From: Candidatus Saccharimonadota bacterium
GTDB taxonomy: Bacteria; Patescibacteriota; Saccharimonadia; Saccharimonadales; Saccharimonadaceae
Length of the DNA: 64,000 nucleotides
NCBI GenBank assembly: GCA_017510075.1
Contig: JAFWNY010000011.1
Coordinates: forward strand, 4,573-68,572
Direction of reading: 5' to 3'
Below the pieces are notes generated by a model, which saw nothing but the letters and a program-made list of their open reading frames with translations, was not told the origin of the DNA and ran no database searches. Of this stretch, positions 40,188-48,882 are shown piece by piece (the stretch's first letter is position 1; every line of letters starts with the position of its first letter). Position numbers and translations under genes: made by a program.

Positions 40188-41125
40188 GTGACAATCGTTC
40201 CTGATTTGCCGTTTAGGGCTTCAGCGAGGTGGTCGATGTCGGTGATGATACCGATTTTGTCGTGACCTCTGCTTGCGAACTGGATGGCGGCTTCGACTTT
40301 GGGGAGCATAGAGCCGGGCTTGAAGTAGCCGTATTTGATGAGGTCTTTGAGCTCTCTCGGGGTGATGCGGTGGATGGGCTCTTGGCTGGGTAGACCGTAG
40401 TTGATATAGACATTCTCGACGGCGGTGACGGAAATAAAGATATCGGCGTGGATGAGCTCGGCGAGCTTTGCGGCGGCGTAATCTTTGTCGATGACGGCGT
40501 CGATGCCTTTGAGACGCTTCAAGACTTTGGTGCGGACGACGGGGATGCCGCCGCCACCAGTGGCGATGACGATGGTGCCGTCTGCGATGAGGCTTTCGAT
40601 GGCGCGTTTCTCGACGATGTCGATAGGCTTAGGGCTGGCCACGACACGGCGCCAACCACGGCCGGCGTCTTCTTTGACGACCCAGTTGTTCTTGGCGGCG
40701 AGCTTTTTGGCTTGGGACTCGGTGTAAAATTGGCCGATGGGCTTGGTGGGATTCTTGAAGGCGGGGTCGGTGCGGTCAACGACAACTTGAGAGACGACGG
40801 TGGCGACTTGGCGGCGCTTGCCCTGTCTGGTGAGAGCGTTATTGATGGCCTGGGTGAGCCAGTAACCGATCTGACCTTGGCTCATGGCGACAGCAGTCTC
40901 GAGCGGCATAGCGGGGGCTTTGTCGCTGGCGGCCTGCTCTTCGTGGATGAGGATGTTGCCGACCTGGGGGCCGTTGCCGTGGGCAACGACGATTTCATAT
41001 TTGCTAGCAAGATTAGCGATGACTTCACCGACTTTCTCGGCGATTTTTTTCTGGGCTTCGGCGGTGGCTTCACCGTTTTTTTGGAGGGCGTTGCCGCCGA
41101 GAGCGAGGACGATACGTTTTTTCAT
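40181..41125 (-). CDS. arcC: Carbamate kinase
   Basis: ALGGNAL, HGNGPQVG, RRVVASP, AVIDKD, GSMLPK. Confidence 0.97.
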   Translation of the reverse strand: MKKRIVLALGGNALQKNGEATAEAQKKIAEKVGEVIANLASKYEIVVAHGNGPQVGNILIHEEQAASDKAPAMPLETAVAMSQGQIGYWLTQAINNALTRQGKRRQVATVVSQVVVDRTDPAFKNPTKPIGQFYTESQAKKLAAKNNWVVKEDAGRGWRRVVASPKPIDIVEKRAIESLIADGTIVIATGGGGIPVVRTKVLKRLKGIDAVIDKDYAAAKLAELIHADIFISVTAVENVYINYGLPSQEPIHRITPRELKDLIKYGYFKPGSMLPKVEAAIQFASRGHDKIGIITDIDHLAEALNGKSGTIVTK

Positions 41126-41204
41126 AATATAATTATAGCACGAAAGTACTTGCGCTTAAAATAAACTTAATATATAATATATAGTATAAACAAGGGCATC
41201 ATAC

Positions 41205-42206
41205 ATGGATTTTACAGGGAGAGATTTTTTAAGAATACTCGACTTTAGTGAGGACGAGCTTCGCTATATGTTGGTAGTGGCGCGGAAATTTAAAGAAATG
41301 AAGCGGGCGGGGCAGAATCACAAGTATTTCCCAAACAAAAACATTGCGATATTATTTGAAAAGACTTCGACGAGGACGAGGTGTTCGTTTGAGGTGGGGG
41401 CGTATGACCTCGGGATGGGGGTAACGTACCTTGACCCGACGGGCTCACAGATGGGACACAAGGAGTCGATCGCGGATACGGCGCGGGTGTTGTCACGGCT
41501 GTATGACGGAATTGAATATCGCGGGTTTGACCAGTCGGTGGTAGATACGCTGGCGGAATATTCGGATGTACCAGTGTGGAATGGATTGACGGATGAGTGT
41601 CACCCGACGCAGGCACTAGGTGATTTTATGACGATTGAGGAGCATTTCGGGTATTTGAAAGGGCTGACTTTGGCATTTGTGGGGGATACGCGTAATAACG
41701 TGGCGAATTCGCTGATGACGATGAGTGCGAAGATGGGGGTGAATTTCATTGCGTGTGGGCCGGCGAGCTTGGCGACGTCGGACGAGATGGTGACGAAGTG
41801 CCGGCCGATTGCGGAGAAGAATGGCTGTACGATTACGGTGACGGATGATATTCGGGCGCTGGATGGCAAGGCAGACGTGATTTATACGGACGTGTGGTTG
41901 TCGCTGGGCGAGCCGGCGGAGAAATGGGGCGAGCGAATTAATCTGCTAAAGCCGTATCAGGTGACGATGGATTTGATGAATCGAGCGAAACCGACGGCGG
42001 TATTTTTGCACTGCTTGCCGTCGTTCCATGATCTGAATACTTCGATTGCGCGGGATGTGCACGAGAAATACGGACTTTCCGAGATGGAGGTGACGGACGA
42101 GGTGTTTAACTCGGAGCGCTCGATTGTGTTTGAGCAGGCGGAAAATCGGATGCATACAATAAAATCAGTGATGTTCTTAACTCTATGGGAAGGAGGAAAT
42201 AAATGA
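41205..42206 (+). CDS. argF: Ornithine carbamoyltransferase (catabolic, ArcB)
   Basis: STRTR, HPTQ, HCLP, AENR. Confidence 0.97.
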   Translation: MDFTGRDFLRILDFSEDELRYMLVVARKFKEMKRAGQNHKYFPNKNIAILFEKTSTRTRCSFEVGAYDLGMGVTYLDPTGSQMGHKESIADTARVLSRLYDGIEYRGFDQSVVDTLAEYSDVPVWNGLTDECHPTQALGDFMTIEEHFGYLKGLTLAFVGDTRNNVANSLMTMSAKMGVNFIACGPASLATSDEMVTKCRPIAEKNGCTITVTDDIRALDGKADVIYTDVWLSLGEPAEKWGERINLLKPYQVTMDLMNRAKPTAVFLHCLPSFHDLNTSIARDVHEKYGLSEMEVTDEVFNSERSIVFEQAENRMHTIKSVMFLTLWEGGNK

Positions 42207-43432
42207 AAAATATAATTAGTAATTTTAGTGAGATAGCTCCACTAAAGAGGGTGCTGATGCATCGACCGGGGGATGAGTTTTTGAATTTGACGCCAAATAC
42301 GTTGGAGCGATTATTGTTTGACGATATTCCGTATTTGAAGACGGCGCAGATGGAACATGATGCATATGCGAATGCTTTGAGGGCTGAAGGGGTGGAGGTG
42401 GTGTACTTGGTGGACCTTGTGGCGGAAGCGATTGAAGCGGGCGGGCGGACAGTGCGGAAGAAGTTTTTGGAGCAGTTTATTGCGGAGGCGGGGGTGACTT
42501 CACCGAAGGTAGTAAAACACTGTTATGATTTCTTGAATTCGATTAAGGATACGCGCGATATGGTGCGGAAGTGTATTGCGGGAATTGATATTTCGGAACT
42601 GAAGAAGCTGGGGAAGGTGTCGGGATTTTATGCGACGCGTGATACGGGCAGGATGATTATTGATCCGATCCCGAATATTTATTTCCAGCGCGACCCGATG
42701 GCGACGGTGGGGTATGGTGCGACTTTGCACCGGATGTGGTCGGTGACGAGGACGAGAGAATCGATATTTATGGAGTATGTTTATAAATATCATCCGTTTT
42801 ACGATGATGTGAAGTTGTATTATGATAGGAGTGAGCCGTATTGTATCGAGGGCGGGGATATTCAGGTGTTGTCGCCAGAGGTGGTGGCGATCGGGATTTC
42901 GCAGCGGACGGAACCGGATGCGATTGCGGATTTTGCGAAGCGGCTATTTAAGGATAAGTCGAATAAGTTTAAGTATGTGCTGGCGATTGATATTCCGGAC
43001 GAGAGGTCGTTTATGCACTTGGATACCGTGATGACGCAGGTGGATGTGGATAAATTTGCAGTGCAAGAGGCGGTGATGGACATTTCGACGGTGTATGAGA
43101 TTTCGCAGGGGCGGGGCGGAGAGCTGGAAATCGTAGAGATACGGCAGAATTTGCAGAAAGTTTTGGAGAAATATTTGCATTTGAATCGGGTGGAATTGAT
43201 TAAATGCGGTAATGGTAAGCGGATTGATGCGGAGCGCGAGCAGTGGAGCGATGGGGTGAATCTGCTGTGTGTGCGACCTGGCGTGGTGGTAGCGTATGAC
43301 CGAAATTATGTGACGAACGCGACCCTGAAACGCCACGGGATTAAGGTGATTGAGATTCCGAGTTCGGAGCTTTCGCGCGGGCGAGGCGGCTCGCATTGTA
43401 TGACGATGGCGCTGGCCAGAGAGGAGGCGTAG
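42203..43432 (+). CDS. arcA: Arginine deiminase
   Basis: LLFDD, FQRDP, EGGD, MHLDT, GRGGSHCM. Confidence 0.97.
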   Translation: MKNIISNFSEIAPLKRVLMHRPGDEFLNLTPNTLERLLFDDIPYLKTAQMEHDAYANALRAEGVEVVYLVDLVAEAIEAGGRTVRKKFLEQFIAEAGVTSPKVVKHCYDFLNSIKDTRDMVRKCIAGIDISELKKLGKVSGFYATRDTGRMIIDPIPNIYFQRDPMATVGYGATLHRMWSVTRTRESIFMEYVYKYHPFYDDVKLYYDRSEPYCIEGGDIQVLSPEVVAIGISQRTEPDAIADFAKRLFKDKSNKFKYVLAIDIPDERSFMHLDTVMTQVDVDKFAVQEAVMDISTVYEISQGRGGELEIVEIRQNLQKVLEKYLHLNRVELIKCGNGKRIDAEREQWSDGVNLLCVRPGVVVAYDRNYVTNATLKRHGIKVIEIPSSELSRGRGGSHCMTMALAREEA

Positions 43433-43667
43433 CGGGAGGCAGGATTAGTTTTAAACGTTGAGAGACAAAAATAAAATTTAAAAACAAAAGGAAACAAGAT
43501 GAAAATAAATATAAAAGAAAGAAGAAATATTGACGTACGTGAGGTGAGGACGATTCATTGCAAAGAGGTTAAAACAATAAGTTGGAAGGATGTTTTGACG
43601 GTGAATTTGGTAAATGTGCGCTGGGCAGGACTAATGGGGGAAAGTGTAAATATTAAGAGGATATAAA

Positions 43668-45527
43668 ATGTTTAGAAAGAAAAATCGTAGTAAGAAACGT
43701 AGTCGAGCGATGCTTTCGGCATACTCGATTATTATGATTCTGATTATTTTGCTCGGCATTTTGTCACACGTGTTGCCGAAAGCGAAATATACAATGGCTG
43801 CGCTTGAGGAGCCGGAGACTTCGGAGGAAGTTGGCCCGGGGGAGTGGGAAGGCGAAATGCCGACCGGTGGGTCGGCTGAGCTGCAGGGTGAACTGCCGCC
43901 TGAAGGTGGGCCGATGGAGTTGCCGGAGGGTGAGTCGTTTGAGCCAGCGGTGGGGGATGAGCTGAATGGTGAGAATGCGCCTGCGCCGCGGATGATTTCT
44001 GACGAGGCGGTTTCGGATGACGAGATGTCGAATCGGAGTGCTGAGACGGAAGGCGTGGAGGGGACAGAGGATGCGGAAGTTTTGACCATAGGCGAAGATG
44101 GTGAGGACGTGATGCTGATTTCGTCTCTAGACGCAGAAGCGGAGCCGGAAGAGTTTGACTCGCTGGAGGCCTGTGAAGAGGTTTACGGTGAAGATGGCTG
44201 TGCGATTGTAGATGGTTCGGGTGTCGAAGGGGCGGCGCTTTGGCAAGTATTGATGGCGCCGATACTCGGGTTTGAAGATGCGATTGACGTGTGTATCTTT
44301 ATCATGATGTTGGGTGGGTTCTTAGCCGTAATGGCAAAGACAAAAGCACTCGAGACTGGGATTAAGATACTAGTTAAAAAGATGCACGGCAAGGAATATC
44401 TGTTGATATTGCTGTTGATGTTGATTTTCTCGGTAATGGGTACGACCTACGGGTTCCTTGAGGAAAGCGTCGGGTTCTATGTGCTGATTGCGGCGACGAT
44501 GTTTGCAGCGGGGCTGGATCCACTAGTGGGCGTGGCAACTATCTTGCTGGGTGCTGGTGCTGGTGTGCTAGGCTCCACGATTAATCCGTTTGCGACAGGT
44601 GTGGCTGTATCGGCGATGAAGGATGCTGGCATTGAATACAATCAGGGGACGGTGATTTTGATTGCGGTGGTGTTGTGGCTCACGACACTGGCAATTGCGG
44701 CGTTCTTTGTAATTCGGTACGCTAAAAAAGTACAACGGGACAAAGGGTCGACGTTCCTTAGTTTGCGCGAGCAGGCGGCAGCCGAGAAACGCTATGCCAA
44801 GTATCTTGAAAGCAAAGACGATGATCTGAAAATGAGTAAGAAGCAGATTATCTCGCTACTATTGTTTGCTTTGACTTTTGTGGTGATGATTGTCGGGTTT
44901 ATTCCGTGGGGCGACTTCGGAGTAACGTTCTTTGACTCGTGGACAGGGTGGCTGACCGGTGCTACACTAGGTAACTGGTGGTTCTATGAGGCGGCGCTAT
45001 GGTTCTTGTTGATGGCGATTTTGATTGCGATCATCAATAGGCAGGGTGAGCATGGCTTCGTGGATACATTTATCGATGGGGCGGACGATATGATTGGGGT
45101 GATCTTGGTCATTGCGGTGGCGCGTGGTGCGTCGGTGCTGATGGCGCAGACTTCTCTCGATAACTTTATCGTGGTAAATGCAGCAGCGTGGCTTGAAACG
45201 CTACCGGAAATGCTGTTTGTGCCGTTGAATTATCTTTTGCATGTGGTGCTATCTATACTGGTGCCGTCGTCGTCGGGTCTTGCGACTTTGTCGACACCGA
45301 TTATTACACCGGTGGCAGCGCAACTTGGTTACAGCACCAATGTGGCAGCGATGACAATCGTGGCGGCGAACGGGTTGGTGAATTTGATTACGCCGACTTG
45401 TGGTGCGATTATGGCGGGGTTGGCACTCGCGAAAGTGGACTACTCGACTTGGTTTAAGTGGGGGATTCGAGTGGTGGCTTGTATTGCGGTGGTCAACATC
45501 ATCGTGCTATGCCTATTCTCGTTGTAG
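43668..45527 (+). CDS. YfcC/ArcD-type arginine/ornithine antiporter with long acidic loop
   Basis: GTTYGFLEE, STINPF, VPSSSG, ITPT; polytopic; adjacent to arcA. Confidence 0.88.
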   Translation: MFRKKNRSKKRSRAMLSAYSIIMILIILLGILSHVLPKAKYTMAALEEPETSEEVGPGEWEGEMPTGGSAELQGELPPEGGPMELPEGESFEPAVGDELNGENAPAPRMISDEAVSDDEMSNRSAETEGVEGTEDAEVLTIGEDGEDVMLISSLDAEAEPEEFDSLEACEEVYGEDGCAIVDGSGVEGAALWQVLMAPILGFEDAIDVCIFIMMLGGFLAVMAKTKALETGIKILVKKMHGKEYLLILLLMLIFSVMGTTYGFLEESVGFYVLIAATMFAAGLDPLVGVATILLGAGAGVLGSTINPFATGVAVSAMKDAGIEYNQGTVILIAVVLWLTTLAIAAFFVIRYAKKVQRDKGSTFLSLREQAAAEKRYAKYLESKDDDLKMSKKQIISLLLFALTFVVMIVGFIPWGDFGVTFFDSWTGWLTGATLGNWWFYEAALWFLLMAILIAIINRQGEHGFVDTFIDGADDMIGVILVIAVARGASVLMAQTSLDNFIVVNAAAWLETLPEMLFVPLNYLLHVVLSILVPSSSGLATLSTPIITPVAAQLGYSTNVAAMTIVAANGLVNLITPTCGAIMAGLALAKVDYSTWFKWGIRVVACIAVVNIIVLCLFSL

Positions 45528-45533
45528 TTCCTT

Positions 45534-45714
45534 AAAACAAAATCTACTTTTCGTTCGCGCTTCGCTGCGCGCCAGGAAGATTATTTGGCAATTTCTTAAC
45601 GAAAATTGCTCGTGACTCACGGCTCTCTTCAGGGTTCGCACGAGATAATTTTCTAAAATTGCCAAATAACTTCTTGGGCTTGCTCTATGCTTACGAAAAG
45701 TAGATTTTTGTTTT
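45534..45714. repeat. Palindromic repeat family, copy B
   Basis: Terminal IR AAAATCTACTTTTCGT/ACGAAAAGTAGATTTT; inner IR TTATTTGGCAATTT; shared family motifs. Confidence 0.85.
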
Positions 45715-45735
45715 GATGTATGCTACAATATTCTT

Positions 45736-47391
45736 ATGGATAAATTATCGTATGATGGGCCGATAGTTTTGGCCGTGTTAGATGGGGTGGGATTGGCGCC
45801 GGATGCTGCTGGGAATGCAGTGAGTAAAGCGCGAACGTCGTTTCTGGGCAGGGCGGCGCGGGAGTATCCGCACGTGGCTTTGAATGCCTCAGGGGAGTAT
45901 GTGGGGCTGATGCCTGGGCAAATGGGGAATTCGGAGGTGGGACATAATACGATGGGGGCGGGGCGGATTATGAAGCAAGATATTGCGCGGGTGGAGGAGG
46001 CGTTTAGTAGCGGGGCAGTGTTTGAATCGGAGGCTTGGAAGGGGGCGATTACGAGAGTGCTGAACAGGGGCGAGGCTGGTTCTGGGGTTGACAAATCTGC
46101 TAATCCGTGGTATAATGTAGAGATAGACCCTGTGAAGACTTTGCATTTCGCAGGGATTTTTTCAGACGGTGGGGTACATAGTCATATTTCGCATCTTGAA
46201 CAGATGGTGGCTAAAGCTTATGAACAGGGGGTGCGACGAATGCGGGTGCATGCGATTTTTGACGGGCGGGATGTGTCGCCGCAGTCGGAGCCGAAGTATA
46301 TTCGGCGGTTTGAGGAGTTTACTAAACGGTTTCCGGATGCGGATATTAAGATAGCTTCAGGTGGGGGGCGACAGGTGTGCGTGGCGGATAGATATGAAAG
46401 TGATTGGTCGGTAGTGGCGAGGGGCTGGGATATGATGGTAAATGGGGAAGCGGACTATTTCTTCCATTCGGCAGAGGAGGGGGTCTCGGTACTTCGGCGA
46501 ATTAACCCGTCGGTGCAAGACCAGGATTTGCCGCCATTTGTGGTAGTGGATGATGAAGAGAAACCGGTGGGGAAGATTGAAAAAGGCGACGCGTTGATTT
46601 ATTTTGATTTCCGGAAGGATCGGGCGATTGAGATAGCAATGGCATTTACGTATTGGGATTTCCCATATTTTAATCGGGGTGATTATACGCCGGATGACGT
46701 GTATTTTGTGGGGATGATGGAATATAATTCGGATACGCATGTGCCGGAGCATCGGCTGGTGGAGCCAGTATATGCGGAGGAGACCCTGCATCAGTTCTTG
46801 GGTGAGCGAAGGGTGTCGCAGATGGCGATTTCGGAGTCGGTGAAGTATGGGCATATTACGTATTACTTTGACGGGAATAGTTATGATACGATGGAGGGGG
46901 AAGAGTTTGTGAAAATTGAGTCGGATACGGGGGCTTTCGATGAGAGGCCATGGATGAAGTCGGCGGAGATTACGGATGAGGTACTGAAGCGGATGGATGA
47001 TTACGAGTTTGTGCGGATTAATTATCCTGGTGGCGATATGGTGGGGCATACGGCAAATATGGAGGCGACGATTGTGGCGATGGAGGCGATTGATTTGGCG
47101 TTGGCGAGGCTGGCGAAGCGGGTGGATGAGCTGGGGGGATGCTTGGTGATTGTGGCGGACCATGGGAATGCGGAGGAGTTATTGGATGCTAATGGCCAGC
47201 CGAAGACCTCGCATACGACCAATAAGGTGCCGTGTATTATTTATGATAATACGGAGAATCGTGGGCGGTATCGGTTGGCGTCGATGGTGGAGCCAGGGCT
47301 GAGTAATTTGGCTGCGACGATGGCGGTACTGCTGGGACAGAATGATTATCCTAGTGAGTGGGATGCGCCGTTGATATTGCTTAACCAATAA
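45736..47391 (+). CDS. gpmI: 2,3-bisphosphoglycerate-independent phosphoglycerate mutase
   Basis: QMGNSEVGH, SDGGVHSH, DGRD, DMVGHT, ADHGNAE. Confidence 0.96.
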   Translation: MDKLSYDGPIVLAVLDGVGLAPDAAGNAVSKARTSFLGRAAREYPHVALNASGEYVGLMPGQMGNSEVGHNTMGAGRIMKQDIARVEEAFSSGAVFESEAWKGAITRVLNRGEAGSGVDKSANPWYNVEIDPVKTLHFAGIFSDGGVHSHISHLEQMVAKAYEQGVRRMRVHAIFDGRDVSPQSEPKYIRRFEEFTKRFPDADIKIASGGGRQVCVADRYESDWSVVARGWDMMVNGEADYFFHSAEEGVSVLRRINPSVQDQDLPPFVVVDDEEKPVGKIEKGDALIYFDFRKDRAIEIAMAFTYWDFPYFNRGDYTPDDVYFVGMMEYNSDTHVPEHRLVEPVYAEETLHQFLGERRVSQMAISESVKYGHITYYFDGNSYDTMEGEEFVKIESDTGAFDERPWMKSAEITDEVLKRMDDYEFVRINYPGGDMVGHTANMEATIVAMEAIDLALARLAKRVDELGGCLVIVADHGNAEELLDANGQPKTSHTTNKVPCIIYDNTENRGRYRLASMVEPGLSNLAATMAVLLGQNDYPSEWDAPLILLNQ

Positions 47392-47409
47392 ATATATACT
47401 CGTAAAGTT

Positions 47410-47589
47410 GATAAAAAGTAGTTAATTTGTTCGCTTTTACGCTGCACGCCAGGAAAGTTTTTTCAAATTTTTTAACGAAAAATACCCAAAGTCTCACGGC
47501 TGTCTTCACGGTTCGCGCGAGATATTTTTCTAAAATTTGAAAAAACTTTCTTGGGTTTGCTTTATGCTCACAAATTAACTACTTTTATC
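47410..47589. repeat. Palindromic repeat family, copy C (orphan right arm follows at 47621-47655)
   Basis: Terminal IR AAAAGTAGTTAATTTGT/ACAAATTAACTACTTTT; inner IR AAAGTTTTTTCAAATTTT; shared family motifs. Confidence 0.85.
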
Positions 47590-47678
47590 TTCTATACGTT
47601 TTATATGTTTGAATAGTTTTCTGGGTTTGCCAGATGCTCACTCGAATTAGATATTAGCTTTTTGTCTTCTTTATGTCA

Positions 47679-48509
47679 TTATTTGCCACAAACGACATTA
47701 TTGGCATGGAGCCAGCCTTCGACGGAGCCGCCGTCAAGATATTCGCCAGTTGTAGGCGCCACCCGCATTACGCCGCCGTCTTTAATATATTCATCAATCG
47801 GGTCAGTCACCATATACTCTTGGTCCAAGGGTCCAAAATCATTTTCGTTGACATATTTAACTATGCGCTTTAATAGTTCTGGCGACATGATATATTTTGA
47901 AACATTAATTAAGTTTGACGGAGCGTCTTCGGGCTTTGGTTTTTCCACTACGCCAACTAGCTTGCCGTCTCTAGCGGACAGTACACCATATTTTTCAACA
48001 TTTTCCTTAGGAATTTCGACGCCGAGGATAGCGGAGTCACCATCATCTTTGATAGACTTGATTAGAGCTTCCGAGGCCGACTCGCCATCTGGGTTCCAGA
48101 TAAAATCATCGCCCATAAATACTAAGACGGGTTCATTGATATTATATTCCTCCACTACCATTGCAATTGGCACAGCCGTGCCATATTTGCCAGCCGGGTC
48201 TTGCACAGTATAATGAATAGTTACATCATCAGGTAAAGTTTTAGCAAGCTTCAATCTATCCTCTTTGCCTCGGTCAATCAAGTATTGGTTCAAAGCTAAA
48301 TTGTCCTTGTAAAATTCTTGCACTTGACACGGTTCAACGTTGGATATTACCATGTAAATATCTTTGACGCCTGCCTTGATTAATTCCTGTACAGAGTAGT
48401 CTACGAGTGGACGGTTGCCGACTGGTAACATCGACTTTTCGATAATTTTAGTAATTGGTAATCTGCGTGTGCCCCAGCCTGCAACTGGAATGATGGCTTT
48501 TGTAATCAT
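47679..48509 (-). CDS. galU: UTP-glucose-1-phosphate uridylyltransferase-like nucleotidyltransferase
   Basis: KAIIPVAGWGTRRLP, KSMLP, VEKP, LDGG. Confidence 0.8.
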   Translation of the reverse strand: MITKAIIPVAGWGTRRLPITKIIEKSMLPVGNRPLVDYSVQELIKAGVKDIYMVISNVEPCQVQEFYKDNLALNQYLIDRGKEDRLKLAKTLPDDVTIHYTVQDPAGKYGTAVPIAMVVEEYNINEPVLVFMGDDFIWNPDGESASEALIKSIKDDGDSAILGVEIPKENVEKYGVLSARDGKLVGVVEKPKPEDAPSNLINVSKYIMSPELLKRIVKYVNENDFGPLDQEYMVTDPIDEYIKDGGVMRVAPTTGEYLDGGSVEGWLHANNVVCGK

Positions 48510-48583
48510 ATTGATTATCTTCCTACTTATATTATAATGTAAGTAGGGTTGACAATTAGAATGGTGTGCGGTAGAATAATATT

Positions 48584-48627
48584 AGAGTTTAAGGATTATC
48601 CGTTTCGTCTGAAGCGGATAATTTTTA
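48584..48627 (+). ncRNA. Candidate antisense sRNA
   Basis: TTGACA-17-TAGAAT (48549-48577) followed directly by hairpin ATTATCCGTTTC/GAAGCGGATAAT and Ts. Confidence 0.5.
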
Positions 48628-48667
48628 CTTTGATTAGACCAAAGATTAGGCTAAAGTCAAAAACCAT
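48596..48667 (-). CDS. Candidate 23-aa hydrophobic/basic peptide (type I toxin-like)
   Basis: MVFDFSLIFGLIKVKIIRFRRNG*, strong RBS GAAAGGAGGTG, extended -10 TGCTAGAAT. Confidence 0.55.
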   Translation of the reverse strand: MVFDFSLIFGLIKVKIIRFRRNG

Positions 48668-48763
48668 AACACCTCCTTTCTCCCCGCTCTTATTTTTAAT
48701 TTTGCAACCCCACTTGAGATTATTCTAGCATATTTAGATAGGAAATGGAATAATATAGTAAAG

Positions 48764-48801
48764 CTGGCACTCTTGACACGGGAGTGCTAATTTTATATAA
48801 T
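48764..48801 (+). promoter_or_regulatory. CIRCE (HrcA operator) overlapping the clpC promoter
   Basis: CTGGCACTC-N9-GAGTGCTAA (48764-48790); TTGACA(48773)-17-TATAAT(48796). Confidence 0.85.
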
Positions 48802-48882
48802 AGGGGTAGGTAGGCGAATAATGCTGATGAAGATGGCGAGATTTGTCTAAAATTAAGTGAATTTAAGAACAAAAAGGAAAAT

